Source of the DNA: Eutreptiella sp. 'Long Island Sound 2002'
Taxonomy: Eukaryota > Protista > Euglenida
Assembly: GCA_964036045.1 (NCBI GenBank)
Contig: OZ038378.1
Span: 198,710,001 to 198,774,000 of the forward strand
Length of the DNA stretch: 64,000 bases
Reading direction: 5' to 3'
The translations under genes were made by a program, and so were the position numbers. Each line of letters begins with the position of its first letter. Positions within the stretch are counted from its first letter, which is position 1. Below are positions 1-12,079 of the stretch, one piece after another. The notes below the pieces were generated by a model. The model ran no database searches. It had not been told where the DNA came from and saw only the letters and a program-made list of their open reading frames with translations.

Positions 1-599
1 CGAGTTAAACCAACCGATGTTTCACACTGAAAGTGCCAGATTGCTGTCTGAATCTGCTGTGTTTGCCCGGTGTACATATGCTCCCCCGGTGGTGGGTGGT
101 TTCCAGGGTGGTTACGGGAACGCTTACCTCCTGTTGGGCGCTGTGCCTGCGCTGTGCAGAAGCGCCCACCACGTGGTTCTACGTTTCATTTCCAATGACG
201 ACAGCCCCTCGGGGCAGCCCTTTGGACCGGCGCTTGACCGCCAGCCGCGGGCGCTTAACCGCCAATCGCCAGCATATAATGGCCAATTTTGTGTTAATGA
301 TGTACCGCCTGCGGGTGAAGGGTGGTGTGCGTTGTCTTTGCCGGTGGCGAACTTCAGATGCGGACGTGTTGCTGGCTCACTTGAGATTGTGTGGCGTGTA
401 GTTCCCCATGGCCTTCCCCACGGTGGTGTGTGTGTTTGTTGGGTGCGGCATACATCGACGAGGGTTTTTCCTTCCGTGAGGCAAAGGGGTGCTACCATCT
501 GCTCTAGTGCCGCTCGCTTCTGTTTCCAAAGTGACTGCAGACAGACACGGCAAACAGGACCGGGGTCCACACCAAAGAATCCCAACGGGCAGCCTTTTT

Positions 600-900
600 G
601 TTGGAGTGGAAAGGACCCACCCCAGCCAGCAACACCGCAGCAGCTAGGCCAACCCATGTTCCTCAACACGGGCCGGCAGACCAGCTTGCTGGCCCTGGGG
701 CTCACCCGGTCCTCCCCATTGGGGAGGGCGACACAAAGTGGAGGGCAGCCAGAGGACGAGCACGGAAGAGACCTAGTCCCAACCGGCTCGTCCCTCTCGG
801 CCGCTGTACTCCATAGGTGGGGAGCCTGTAAGGGGGGAGGGGGCGCCCAAACTCCGATCGGCCCCCTCTCTCCGCTCCTCTACCTCTATACATAGGCCTA
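600..900 (+). mobile_element. LINE 3'-end fragment
   Basis: Shares agcacggaagagacctagtc with 1917-1937 and the ctccatagg...gatcggccc...tacataggcc end with 4637-4728; boundaries approximate. Confidence 0.5.
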
Positions 901-1379
901 CGAACGTTAAAAGGAGTTGTACCCAAAAGTATTGTTGTGTAGGTTGTTTAGTGGCATCACCATTTTTTTTAAAATTCAGCTTTTTCTGAAACCTTCTGTC
1001 GCCCCTAGGATGGGTTTGGGTGATCATTTGGTGACAATACGGGTACTTGAGGACCCATGGGGACCCATGTAGTGGCTACTAGGCCCATGTAGCCCTGGCC
1101 ATGGGCCCCGTGAAACCCCCGATATTGCTGTTTGTGGGCTGTTTAGTGGCACCCGATGTGCGCACTAACTGCCCCAGCAGTTTACCACCCTACAGCTAAA
1201 AAATTGGAAATTTTCAAAATTTCGTTTCATATTGTGACCATACGCAATGATCAAATATCCTATGTCAAGCATGTTTTAGACCCTCTGTATGTGTTTTTCA
1301 CTGTTCCTGGACCAGCCGCGACCGCGGCCCCGCAACCCCTTCCCCTGGGACAATTTTGTCGGCCCCCTCCCAGGGGACG

Positions 1380-2050
1380 CGGTCCGCAACCAGCCGCGCC
1401 TTCAGCCAGGGGCCCCGCCGAGCTAGCGGTGGCCTCAGGAGTTTGTCTAGGACTTGGTCCGGTGGGCACGGGCGCTGGCCTAGATGCCGGGGCCGGCGGA
1501 AGTGTTGTGGGTTGAGCTGGCCCTGGACTACGAGGCCTTTGTGGGGAGGGCACTCCTGGCCTCCCCATATTGCCACCTGCGGGGCACGCGCCTCCTGCTA
1601 GGAGAAAGGGCCCAGGTCTTGCGCAAAGCCGCGGGGCTAGTGGAGCGCCACCTGGTAGCGGGCACACTGCTGTGCGGAGCCCCCCTTGGGACGGTGTCGC
1701 TCCCTCCTACCCTTGGGGGCCGTGTGTGCGCTGGCCTATCGGCCCGCCCGTTCTTTGCAGCTCGCCATGAGGTGATGCTGCAACTTATGCGCGTGGCAAC
1801 TCACTGCCGAGACACTTGGGTCCGGCGCCTGCGGACGCCGGCCCGTGGCGAATGTGCCTTCAGCGCCTTCGTCTCCGCAGTCCACACAGCCGCAGCAGCG
1901 GCAGCACGGCAGGGCAAGCACGGAAGAGACCTAGTCTCCTCTGGCGCGTCCCTCCTGGCTGCCGTGCAGACTGAGGCGGGGACCCTGTAGAGGAGGACAC
2001 GGGCGCCTCAACTCAACTCGGCCCACCTCCCCGCCCCTTGACCTGTGTAC
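1380..2050 (+). mobile_element. LINE ORF2 C-terminal fragment with 3' end
   Basis: ORF 1484..1990 parallels the 3550-3900 part of the next copy (ARPFFAAR / ARPYFAAR). Confidence 0.6.
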
Positions 2051-2059
2051 ATATTCCAG

Positions 2060-2444
2060 TGGACGGTAAAAGACGAATGCCCTCTATATGTGTTTTTCAC
2101 CCTATTTGGGTGTTTGGAGGGGGGGGGGGGGGGGCTGGGACAACCTGCAGTTTTCCACTATAGCTCAAAAATAGAAATTTCCAAAACCGATTTTTTCGAT
2201 GGTCTGGCCGTTCACAACGATCAAATGTCCTATGTAAAGCATGTTTTAGACTGGTTTTATGTGTTTCCACCCTATTTGGATGTTTGGAGGGGGCAAGGGG
2301 CTAGGGCACAACCTGCTCATGTCGTTTTTGGCCCTTGGCGGCTCAAAAATGGAAATTTTCTCCAAACCAATTTTTTTTTGATATGTTGACCATTCACAAT
2401 GATCAAATATCTTATTCAAAGCATGTTTTAGACCGTGTTTATGT
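2060..2444. repeat. AT-rich ~170-190 bp repeat family (caatgatcaaatatcctatgtaaagcatgttttagacc...tgtgtttttcaccctattt)
   Basis: Copies at about 1196-1310, 2085-2444 (x2) and 4755-5160 (x2-3). Confidence 0.8.
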
Positions 2445-4754
2445 CTGATGCAGCTGCGAGGCCTGCCGTTGCTAGTGGCGGACTGTTTCCGTAAGCTGGG
2501 CGTGGGCGTGGCCGTGTGGGGAGCCCGAGGCACGGGGCCGGTATTGGAGTGGCACCTGAAGGTGGGCCGCAACTTGTTGCGGCGACTGCCGCACCTACCA
2601 AACTTGGAGCGCAGGGTGCGCGCGGTCAGCACCCGCGTCGCCCCCTTAGCCCTCCACAGGGTGGCGGCCGCGTCGGTGGCGGACCGGGACCTCCAGAGCC
2701 TCGAGACCATGGTCTTGCGGGCAGTTTGGGAGGCCACCCGGCTCTCTCGAGCCAAGGACACCGCATCTCCCCGGTGATGCACACCCGCTACGAGTGGGTG
2801 ATCTGGATGGCCAACGTGGCCCACACGCCAGGACCGGTGCAGGTGATGGGGCACGCGGTCTGGGAGGACAGCCGGCAGGTCCCGACGACCGGCGTGTTCG
2901 GGTGGGCCCTGCACGTGGCCCGCCAGCTGGGCTGGAGGCCCCTGGAAGGTGCAGGTGGTGGTCTGTACCAGAACAAACCGAGCCGCTGCACCTGGTGCAA
3001 GAGCCACGTCCGTGCACACGGGCCGCCGTCCACAGTGCCCCCGCGAGCAGGCCCCACAAGAGGGAGGCTTCCGGCTCCGTGGCCGCCACGCGGAGCGCCG
3101 CTTGGCAAGCCGCCCCCTCGAATCCGTCCCCCAGCCCCCCATAGGTGGCTAGGCAGCAGGCCTCTAGCGTGCACATGGCGTGGCACCTCAGGCTTTCCCA
3201 GAATTTGTTGCTGGGTCCGCCGCAGTACATGCACGAGACGTCAAGCTGTCCCGGTTGTGGCTGCTCCCAGGAGGATGAGACCCACGTCCTCTGGGACTGC
3301 CCGGCGTGGGAGCCGGCCCTCACACACTGGTGGGGGTGGGCCCTAGCCGCAGTGGAGCAGCTGCAGCTAGGCCCCCGGGAGCACTGGCCGGCTTGCCTTC
3401 GGCACGCAGGACCACTGCCTGCGTCGCTCTCCTCGGGGACGGCCCGCCCGGTGGTGGACGCGTTCTTGTACAGGCTGCACGGGATGTACTTGGCGGTGCT
3501 GGCCGCCCGGTACGCCCACACGCGGTCTGGGGGCCTTGGGGCAAGGGGAGGCCCTCTTTCCCCGTAAGCCGGCACCGGTAGGCAAGGGGTGGTACCCGTG
3601 GCAGGACCTGTGCGGCCCCCTGCCACTCCTGCCGGCGGCTCCGGCGATGCGGCTGTGCCCTGGGGTCCCCCCCGGGATGGCCGTGGGAGCCGCCCTTCGT
3701 GCAGGATCTGCTCCGCTGGGCAGCCGCGTTGCAGTGGCATGACGGCCCAGGGGACATCACGGGCCCTCATCCCGCTCGGCAGACGTCTGTACGTGGGGCT
3801 GCGGGCGCGGCCCTATTTCGCCGCCCGGGGCGACATGGCGTTGCCTGTAGGAGGCTTGGCTCAGCTGGCTGCGGACGCCGGTGCGCATTTGGCCGGGGGG
3901 AGCGTCCCGCTTCCTCATGGCCTATTTCCTGCCCCCTCTCGGAGGGAGGATTGGCTCTCCTACCCTACGCCCGGGGCCCGCGCGGCGCGCCGGCCCAGGA
4001 GGTGGCTGTGGCAGTGGCCCAGCGCCCGCAGCATCAGGGCGAGGGCAGGGGCTTTGTTGGCGCCCGATGTGCGCAGCACGGGGCGTCCTTTTGCCAGCGC
4101 TACCTGCAGCTCGGCTAGGGCATAAGTCGGTGCTGCCGCTCGGGACATGTGGGGCACCGGGCGCTGGGATAGGCACCCCCGCAGCAACGGCGAGGCCCGG
4201 GAATGCAGGTGCTGGCGCGAGAGGCCCGCTAGGCCGCGGCCTAGGCATTGTCTGCCTAGGTGGGATGGGCTCGGCCGTCCTCATCAACGATGCTGGTACC
4301 GGACAGACCGCCGAAGCGGTCCAGCAGGTCACGACCGGGGCGGCTGGGTGCCCAGCTAGCGCCCTCCCCGGACCGCAGCAAAGTGCCTGCAACACGGCGT
4401 GCACGCAGAGCGAGCCCGCCGCGCCCGGCGGTAGTAGACCCCCTCCCCCCCTTGCCGGATGGGGCAAGCGTGCCGGACGGGGCGCCAGGCCTGGACGAGA
4501 TTTTTGGCAGCATTTCTGCCGGCCTGAGCGCTGCCAGAGCACGCTGGGCCACCCTCCCCGCCGCTACGCGGGGACCACGGGCGCACTCGTCAGGACACAG
4601 AAATAGCGCGGGCGCGCCGGCCCCTTCAACGACGTTCTCCATAGGCGGGGGGCACCCGGGGGGGGGGGGGGGCACTGAACTCATGGATCGGCCCTCCCCC
4701 CAGCCCCTCGGCCTTTGTACATAGGCCCATGGACAGAAAAAGTGCAAAAACCTC
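2445..4754 (+). mobile_element. 5'-truncated, frameshifted LINE (post-RT region plus CCHC zf-RVT-like motif)
   Basis: CPGCGCSQEDETHVLWDCPAW at about 3245-3310; flanked by TTTATGT at 2438-2444 and 4755-4761 (putative TSD). Confidence 0.7.
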
Positions 4755-5399
4755 TTTATGTGTTTCTACCCTATTTGGATGTTTGGAGGTGGCAAGGGGC
4801 TAGGGCACAACCGTTTTTGGCCCTTGGCAGCTCAAAAATGGAAATTTTCTCCAAACCAATTTTTTTTTTATGTGTTGACCATTCACAATGATCAAATATC
4901 TTATTCAAAGCATGTTTTTGACCGTGTTTATGTGTTTTTCACCCTATTTTGAGTGCATGGAGGGGGGGCTGAGGCAGCCTTGAAAGGGCTGGGGCACAAC
5001 TTGCGTATGAATTTTCTGTGCTCTGCAGCTCGAAAACGAAACAGGTTCCGAAACAGGTTCTTTTGATATTCCGGCTATTCACAATGATCAAATATCCTAT
5101 GTAAAGCATGTTAGTCGCTTTACGTGTTTTTCACCCTCTTTGGTAGTTTGGATGGGGCTGGGGGGGATCTTGAATGGCTTCATGGCTAACTGACCGATTG
5201 ACTCATTCTGCTCCCTCGCTCTTTGAGGTGCAAGGCAATAGAATTTCATTTTTTGCCAGGGGAAAAGTTTTCAAAATTTTGGGTGGGTAGGTGTCCCAAA
5301 TCACCCCCCTCGCGGCTGCGTTGGGTAAGAAAACCCTGTCTCCCACACAAGAGGGGCATGGCAGTGCCTTGGGTGTGCAATCTGTGCCAAAATGTGGGG

Positions 5400-6400
5400 G
5401 GCTGTCCATTGCCTCACCCCTTTGGAGAAGGGGGGGGGGGGCAGGGACTTCCTTTAATTTTCATTCTGGCAGGGGGGGGACCCCTCCCCCCTGGACCCCC
5501 TCCCCCCCTCCCCTGAACCCCCTCCCCCTCTCCCCCCTCAGCTCAAGTGCACCCGAATACCTGGGTTTTGGGAACTTTTTTAGTCATGGGAAAAAAAATT
5601 TCGGCGCCTTCGGCGCATGCCATACACTGTGTACATATTGCTCCATGTGTGCTCCATATACCTTGTTTTTCAGACTACCATGCCCCAACGCTCATTGTTG
5701 GTGTATTTCAGCTCCCCAGTCCCACCGTTGCCACGCGCAAAATGCGAAGACGTAATTGACGCGCTGCTCTATTTTAGGTTTAAAGATAGGATCACCGGTC
5801 ATAAAAGACAAAAAGCCGAGGTACCCTCTGATCCGGAGTCAGTGGATGATGAGGCACTGTCTGATAATTTGTCTGATGTCTCCCATTCGGGCAGTGACTC
5901 AGGTTTGTCATCATCATCAGGTTCCAGTTCCAGTTCCACTAACGATGGAGGCTCCGGTTCAGGCGAGTCTAATGCTGATTGACAAGAAAGATCACTGTCA
6001 TTTGGCATGAGATGGTGAATGTCCCGCTGTGTTGTAGTTGTTGTGTATTGGTGAGATGTGGGAACCCTGAATTGACATTCAATGATGAATTTCCTTTGTT
6101 TACGGCCGACAACATGACATTTCCATGTGCTGAGTTGTTCATTCTCCAATAATTTTTCTGTTCCCTGTAGATTGGGTATGTTCCGGCAGGGGGGGGGGGG
6201 GGGGTCCCCCTTGGACCCCCTCCCCCCCTCCCCTGGACCCCCTCCCCCCCCCCCCTGTTCAAGCAAGTCCCTTGGGGGGGGGGTCCTCCTCCTCTTCCCC
6301 AGCCGAAAGCTGTTCCCCCTTCCTCCAGCCCAAAGCTGCCCCTCCTTCCCCCCCTTCCTCCAGCAAACAGGCCCCCCTCCCCCCCCGCCCTTCCGTGGCC
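5400..6400. mobile_element. Non-autonomous DNA transposon remnant with inverted GC-rich subterminal blocks
   Basis: cagggacttcctt (5442) is inverted relative to aagcaagtccctt (6261); internal ORF tail CEDVIDALLYFRF followed by a Ser/Asp-rich end. Confidence 0.45.
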
Positions 6401-6663
6401 ATTGCCCTCCTCCGTGTGGACCCGATACAGAGCGGTGAAACACGGACAGTCCGGGGGCTCCATTGGCACAACCTCCCAAGGGAACGGAAGCGGGTGTAGG
6501 GAGTTGAGGATAGGCCAACCAGCGAGCGGGACGGGTGAAAGGCCGATGGGCGCCGCCGCCTCCGGAGGGAGTGGGCTCAAGGAAAGGACAAGGGTAAGTG
6601 GGGAGAGGCTGATAGGCGCTGCCAGCCTGTTCATATGCATATATTGCTGTTCTTGGCTACAGG

Positions 6664-6696
6664 TTGATAAGGCCCCTCGTTGGGGCGAAACGCGTC
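6664..6696 (+). ncRNA. Minimal type I hammerhead-ribozyme-like motif (Penelope style), degenerate
   Basis: TTGATAA-G-GCCCC-TCGTT-GGGGC-GAAA-CGCGTC; U3-A8 in place of C3-G8, palindromic ACGCGT helix III; helix I only 2 bp. Confidence 0.45.
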
Positions 6697-6984
6697 TCAC
6701 GCAACATGTCAGCTTGACATCATTCACGCCAGACACAACAAGTCGCAGAACACGGAATTGACTTGCAGTTGATTTCAGTGACTACGTCTTCTCTGTGCCT
6801 GTACTGTGCCGGTCCTGGGAGGTTTGAGGAGTTTTTACACCACACCCCTGAGCGACCGAGTGACGAGTGACCCCACCCTATCAAAACATTTTCGATTGGG
6901 AGAGGCTGATAGGCGCTGCCAGCCTCAGACAGGGCGTCAGGCCGCCCGCCCCCCTCCACCCCCTCTCCATCCCGTGTGTTGCAG

Positions 6985-7291
6985 CGACCTTGAGAAGAAC
7001 GCCGAGCTGTTCCACGTGTGTGCCCTGGGGTACCGCCTGCTGCAGCAGATGGTGTGCCGCAACCCGGTGTTCGCCATGCGGCTGCTTGAGTCGGTGCCGT
7101 TCATGATCTCGCAGTTGGCGCACTGTTGGCACGCGGCCGACACGCTGTCGGAGATGTTCCACAACAACAGCAAGCTGCTGCGCCAGATGCCCGACCGCCT
7201 GGTCACGTGCTTCGTCCGGATGTGCATCGATAAGCGCTGCCACGGGGGCTACATCAAGTTCTTGCGTGAGCTCTGCGTGTGCGAGGGGCAG
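6985..7291 (+). CDS. ITPR: IP3R exon A (RIH/ARM1): DLEKNAELFHVCALGYRLL...LCVCEGQ
   Basis: gcag|C acceptor; CAG|GTCGCG donor, phase 0; lies in ORF 6806..7435. Confidence 0.9.
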
Positions 7292-7348
7292 GTCGCGCTC
7301 TCCTCCTGTTGCACAGCCCTGTCGCATGCGCACGGTACAGCCCCAGCC

Positions 7349-7563
7349 CAGGGATGCATCAGAAGGGAAGAGACCTTACAGGCGGCCCCAGAAGCGGTTA
7401 GACCGGCGGTTGGAGGAGGTTGCCAAAGCGGTTGAGGGCGGTTACTGTCGGTTACAAATGCCATTGAAGCTGGCACCTGCCTTCAGGGAGACAGCGGCTG
7501 GGCATAGGCTGTGCGTCCTGGAGGGAAGGGGGGGTATCCCCCCCTCCTTCCAGTTCATCGATG
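7349..7563 (+). mobile_element. MITE family A (CAGGGATGCAT termini)
   Basis: Highly similar to 8931-9150; right TIR degenerate. Confidence 0.8.
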
Positions 7564-8365
7564 GCCGTAGCCCAGGGCCGCGTCTTGGCAGCCCGACGCA
7601 CCCTTTCGAAGCCCCTGTGCCTGCGTGGCGACGCGGTTCTGTCCGCCTCCGAAATGAGGCGGGGGGTCACGAGGCCGCGAAGGGGGCAGAGGGTTCCAAG
7701 AGGGCGGAGGCTGCGACGAGGGCCGGGGGGGGGGCGATCCAAAAGGGCGTGCCCGAGCGTGGCCTGCGGGGCCTTTTTCGAGGGCGTCCTCTGTGACCAG
7801 AGGGGGGGGGTCCGGTCGTGCAATGCGATTCAGGCCCCCCCCCTGCGCCCCCGCCCCCCGCAATGCGATGATGACAGCGCGGAGGTGTGTGTTGTGGGGG
7901 TCCTGGGGGCCGTCGGTGGACGGGGTGCGGCGGGGGGGGTGTTTGAGGGCGCGTGAACTTGCCGGTCACTGTGGGTGCAGACGCCCCCCCCCCCCCCCCG
8001 GCGTGTCCAATGCGCACTTCCGTATGTTTTGGGGTCCTGATGCACGAGGCACCGGGTTTAGGTACCGAATTGACTGGGTCCCGAACGGCGTGTCCCACGG
8101 GCTCTTCTGTCAGGCCATTCCGGGGGCAGGCGGTCTGCATGGGGCCGACATGGGGACCGGAAACCAAGAAAAATGGAAAGGGCATTTTTGGAATCAGCTC
8201 GTCGAGGGGGGTCGAGGGGGGTCAAGGGGGGTCGAGGGGGGTCGATGAGGTCGCAGTGTTGGTGCGGCCGCAATGTGGGGAATGCCCCCCCACGTTCGAA
8301 AAGCTCAGACTTGAACAGGGCTTTTAAGAATACCCCCAAACCCGCACCGCCCCCCCCCCCCCCTC

Positions 8366-8571
8366 CAGGGATGAATTAGAATGGCTGACAACCATAGGAG
8401 GACCCCCCCCCCCCTGGACCCCCTTCAGACCCCCTCCCCCCTCCCCCCCCTCCTCCCCTTCCACTGTTTGAGGCAAAATTTTTTCCGGCGCCTTCGGTGT
8501 TGGGGTAGGGGGGACCATAGGAGGAGGTGGGGGTCCGCCCCCCCCCCCCCCTCTCTTTTGATACATCCCTG
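8366..8571. mobile_element. MITE with CAGGGATG / CATCCCTG termini
   Basis: Inverted termini at 8366-8373 and 8564-8571. Confidence 0.6.
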
Positions 8572-8930
8572 CCCCCCCCTCCCCAGCTGCTGTGGTGTGT
8601 CTGCTGATACAGTGTGTACCTGAGGGTTGACCAGGTTTGGCATGGAGACTAAAGATGCACTGATGCCTTACAGTGGAGTGCCTTACCTCTGATTTGCATT
8701 TTTTTTGCAGCACTGTCTGTCTGTTTTTCGACCAATTCAACTCAATCTCTTAATTAGCCCCCCCCCCCCCCGCGCGCTCCGGACCCCCCCCCCCCCGTGC
8801 CGCTGGTGTTGGGGATCAGACCCACACAGACCCCTACCCCCGCTGTACCACGTCAACCGCCAACCGCCGTACCTTCCCTTTCAACCGCTGCTGGCGGACT
8901 GTCCAGCGCTGGACACGCCCCCCCACGGCC

Positions 8931-9150
8931 CAGGGATGCATCAGAAGGGAAGGGGCCTTACAGGTGGCCCCAGCAGCGGTTATACAGGCGGTTGGAGGAG
9001 GTTGCCAAAGCGGTTGGCAGCGGTTACTGTTGGTTACAAATGCCATTGAAGCTGGCACCTGCCGTCAGGGAGACAGTGGCTGGGCATAGGCTGGGCACCC
9101 TGGAGGGGGAGGGGGGGCACCTTCCCCCCCCCCCTTCAAATGCATCCCTG
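8931..9150 (+). mobile_element. MITE family A, 220 bp, perfect 11-bp TIR
   Basis: CAGGGATGCAT ... ATGCATCCCTG; no 8-bp TSD visible. Confidence 0.85.
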
Positions 9151-9204
9151 GCCCCCAAGGCCCCTCCCCGCGCCGCACGGCCCGTCTGTGGCGCTCGTGG
9201 CCAG

Positions 9205-9539
9205 GGCATCCTCAAGAACCAGAGCCTCATCTGCAAACGGCTGCTGGAGGAGTCGCACCGCAACCTGCAGCTCCAGGTCAAGCTCCGCGGCGAAGTGGTG
9301 GTGGTCCACGTCCCCAGGGCCCAGTTCAAGGCACTGGAGGCGGACCCGCGGTACCGCACGTCGCCGGCGTTCCGGCGGCGGGCGATGGCGAAGGACGGGT
9401 GGGTCAGCCTGTCCGACCTGTGGGACGCGGGGGGGAACGACCCCTGGGAGCGCATGGCCCAGTACTTCGAGCAGTGCCTGGCGCTGTTCGCTGCGCTGTG
9501 CGTCGGGGGCAACACCCGGACGCTGGAGGTGGTGCGCAA
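9205..9539 (+). CDS. ITPR: IP3R exon B: GILKNQSLICKRLL...YFEQCLALFAALCVGGNTRTLEVVRK
   Basis: ccag|GGC acceptor; AA|GTATGT donor, phase 2. Confidence 0.9.
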
Positions 9540-9551
9540 GTATGTGGCGCG

Positions 9552-10600
9552 CGCGTCACTGAGTATTTTTTGTGCACAGCCAATTTGTCACAAGGAGAAG
9601 AGTACTGCAAAACGACATATTACATTTCCTCAGCACAAGAAAGTGAAGCATGATTACCCAAAACTGGTGAAAACACCTGGTCTTTCTGCACCTGTGGAGT
9701 CCAAATCTGAGGGGCCTGAGGTCAACAACAACCCTGCAACAAGCAAGCCAAATGAAACTTTGGCAGCCCCTCAAAAGCAAGTGGACTTGAAGTCTCTTTT
9801 GGATGGTATGAAGCACAAAGAAATGGTTTCGGATGATTTTGCTGCAGCCTTTTTGCAAGCAGGCATTCCCCTCAAAAAATTGGACCACCCATCAATTTGT
9901 GGGTTGTTTGGCAAATACACAACCGTTTCTGGTTGCATTGCCAAGGGGGACACGCTGTACCGTAGTGTTGATTGTTTCCATGAGTGTCACATTGGGGCCG
10001 TTTGCAAAATTTCCAAAGACAGTTCCAAAGTTTGGGTTGGGACTGATGAGTGGACAGACAACCAGGGTCACGCCATCATCAACATTCTCGAAAACAAGAG
10101 AACAATGCATTGCTGTGTGAAGCTTGGGGCCGGTATACACGTATGGAGAAGGTCACTGTGTCATGTGCTGCTGATATTGTTGCCTTTTTGGGAGTCCCAG
10201 GACCCTATTTTGGTAGATGCCATCATGCCCTACCTCTAGTTCCCCATCACAGCCGCATATATTGAACACACTTTCAGTTTGGCAGGTCTTATTGATGCCA
10301 AAAACCGGCAAAAAATGAGCAGTAGTCCGCGCAAGGCAGCCGTGGGAATGTGTTGTAATGGTGATGTGGAAAGCGGCTTCACTGAGCCTTGAGCTATCTT
10401 TGTGGACATAAATCTGTGGTTTTGTTCTGCCCATGTTCTCTTTTGTGAGGTGTTTTGTACCTAGTGCCTTCAATTTTATGGCCCTTTTTGTGAAAAAAAA
10501 AACAGCAACATCCAATCACGGAAAATCACAGAAACTCACGGAAAATCACGGAAAATCACGGATGGATTTTTTGAATCAAATCACGGATGGACGAGAATCC
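9552..10600 (+). pseudogene. Internally deleted hAT (CGGBP1/DUF659-like) transposase with subterminal repeats
   Basis: FAAAFLQAGIPLKKLDHP..KYT..VWVGTDEWTDNQGHAIINIL; PITAAYIEHTFSLAGLI in the same frame after the stop at 10239; tcacggaaaa repeats at 10517-10590. Confidence 0.75.
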
Positions 10601-11079
10601 TTGGCGTTACCCCCTCGTTGGGCGGGTGTAAACCATCAGAAGTCGGGGTTTCAACTCCGGGGGGGGGGGGGGGGAGGGTCAAAAGAGCCCCTCCAAACCG
10701 CCGGGTGGGGGTTCGGGAAAAGGGCTCAATTGACAGGACCATTAATCAGTTTTTGTGTTTATGAATTCTGGTGCCGAAAGTGCCGAAAACTTTTTTGAGC
10801 ATTGAAAATGGTCTTTTTTTTTTCACCAAATACATGACAAATTTTGACTTTTCTGAAACCCCTCAACGCACTGATTTCAAAAATCCTATTTTCACTTTTT
10901 AGGGTCCAAGTCACCTTTGGGGCCCATGGGCCTGTCTTGGAAGGATTTTGGGGGACCCATCAATTGAGGTTTTTTTGGGGGGGGAAGGTGCTCCCTGGAA
11001 TTGAACGCGCCCCCCAAAAATGCGACGCAAAAAAATGCGGATAAATACATTTGCCGCCCCCCCTCCACCCCCTCCAACC

Positions 11080-11330
11080 CCTAGGGCTAGGCACCTTGAT
11101 GTGGTGTGGAGGCATGGTGGGGTCTCCCCAGCACGAACGGACCGGAACAAAGGAGCAGCCTTGCTGCCGCAGCTCCGCTATGCTCAGCAGATCTTCAGCC
11201 AATTCCCGGTAGGCAACCCGCCACACCGTGATGTTGGGCGCTAGAGCGATCGGGTCGCGGGCACGGGGGCTCTCTCCACGTACCGGGGATTTGGCGGTGG
11301 ATAGCCCGTGTCCACCTCTGCTCAGCAAGC
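11080..11330 (-). mobile_element. LINE RNase H-like fragment
   Basis: ALAPNITVWRVAYRELAEDLL..QQGCSFVPVRS in ORF 10960..11328. Confidence 0.45.
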
Positions 11331-11354
11331 GGGAACACCATCACCTTTCCTAGG

Positions 11355-11680
11355 TATCTGCGCTTTGCACGCTTTGCTCTTGTCTGTCTACGAGCGGATG
11401 GTGGGGTGGGCATCCCGTGAACTCCTATCCGGTGGGGACCCGCTTTGGTACACCACCTGCGCTTTGCACGCTTTGCCCTCTATCTACAAGCGGGTCGTGG
11501 GGTGGGCATCCCGTGAACACCTATCTGGTGGGGACCCGCTTTGGTACACCACCTGCGCTTTGCACGCTTTGCTCTCTATCTACAAGCGGGTGGTGGGGCG
11601 GACATCCCGTGAACACCTATCCGGTGGGGACCCGCTTTGGTACACCACCTGCGCTTTGCACGCTTTGCCCTCTATCACTA
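11355..11680. repeat. 96-bp tandem repeat, about 3.4 copies
   Basis: tgcgctttgcacgc at 11359, 11458, 11554 and 11650. Confidence 0.9.
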
Positions 11681-12079
11681 AGGTCCACGAATACCTACCA
11701 TCGGCGTCCGACGATCAGACAAGTTGCCTAGAGACGCCATGCTAGGCGGGGGCCTCTATGCGTCCGCTCGACCAGGGTTTCAACCCCAAGTTGGGTCTGT
11801 CGCCGAGGTATCCCGGTTCAGCAGGGGCGTTGGTTTGGAGACTAGACCGGGCCCAATTCATCCCACGCCCGGGATGGACGTGGCTAGTCTAGTCTGTGCT
11901 CTTGCATCCCTATCCATGTGGTGGAGACACGGGGAGTGTGTACCCTTACCCGGCTAAGCGGTGGCACGGGACCTGCGCCGATCGCCGGAAGCTCCTCCTG
12001 CTCCTCCCCCCCCCCCCCCCTCCCCCCGCCCCCTCCTCTACCCCCTCACTACAGCAACACGCTCCCCCGCCACCCAATG

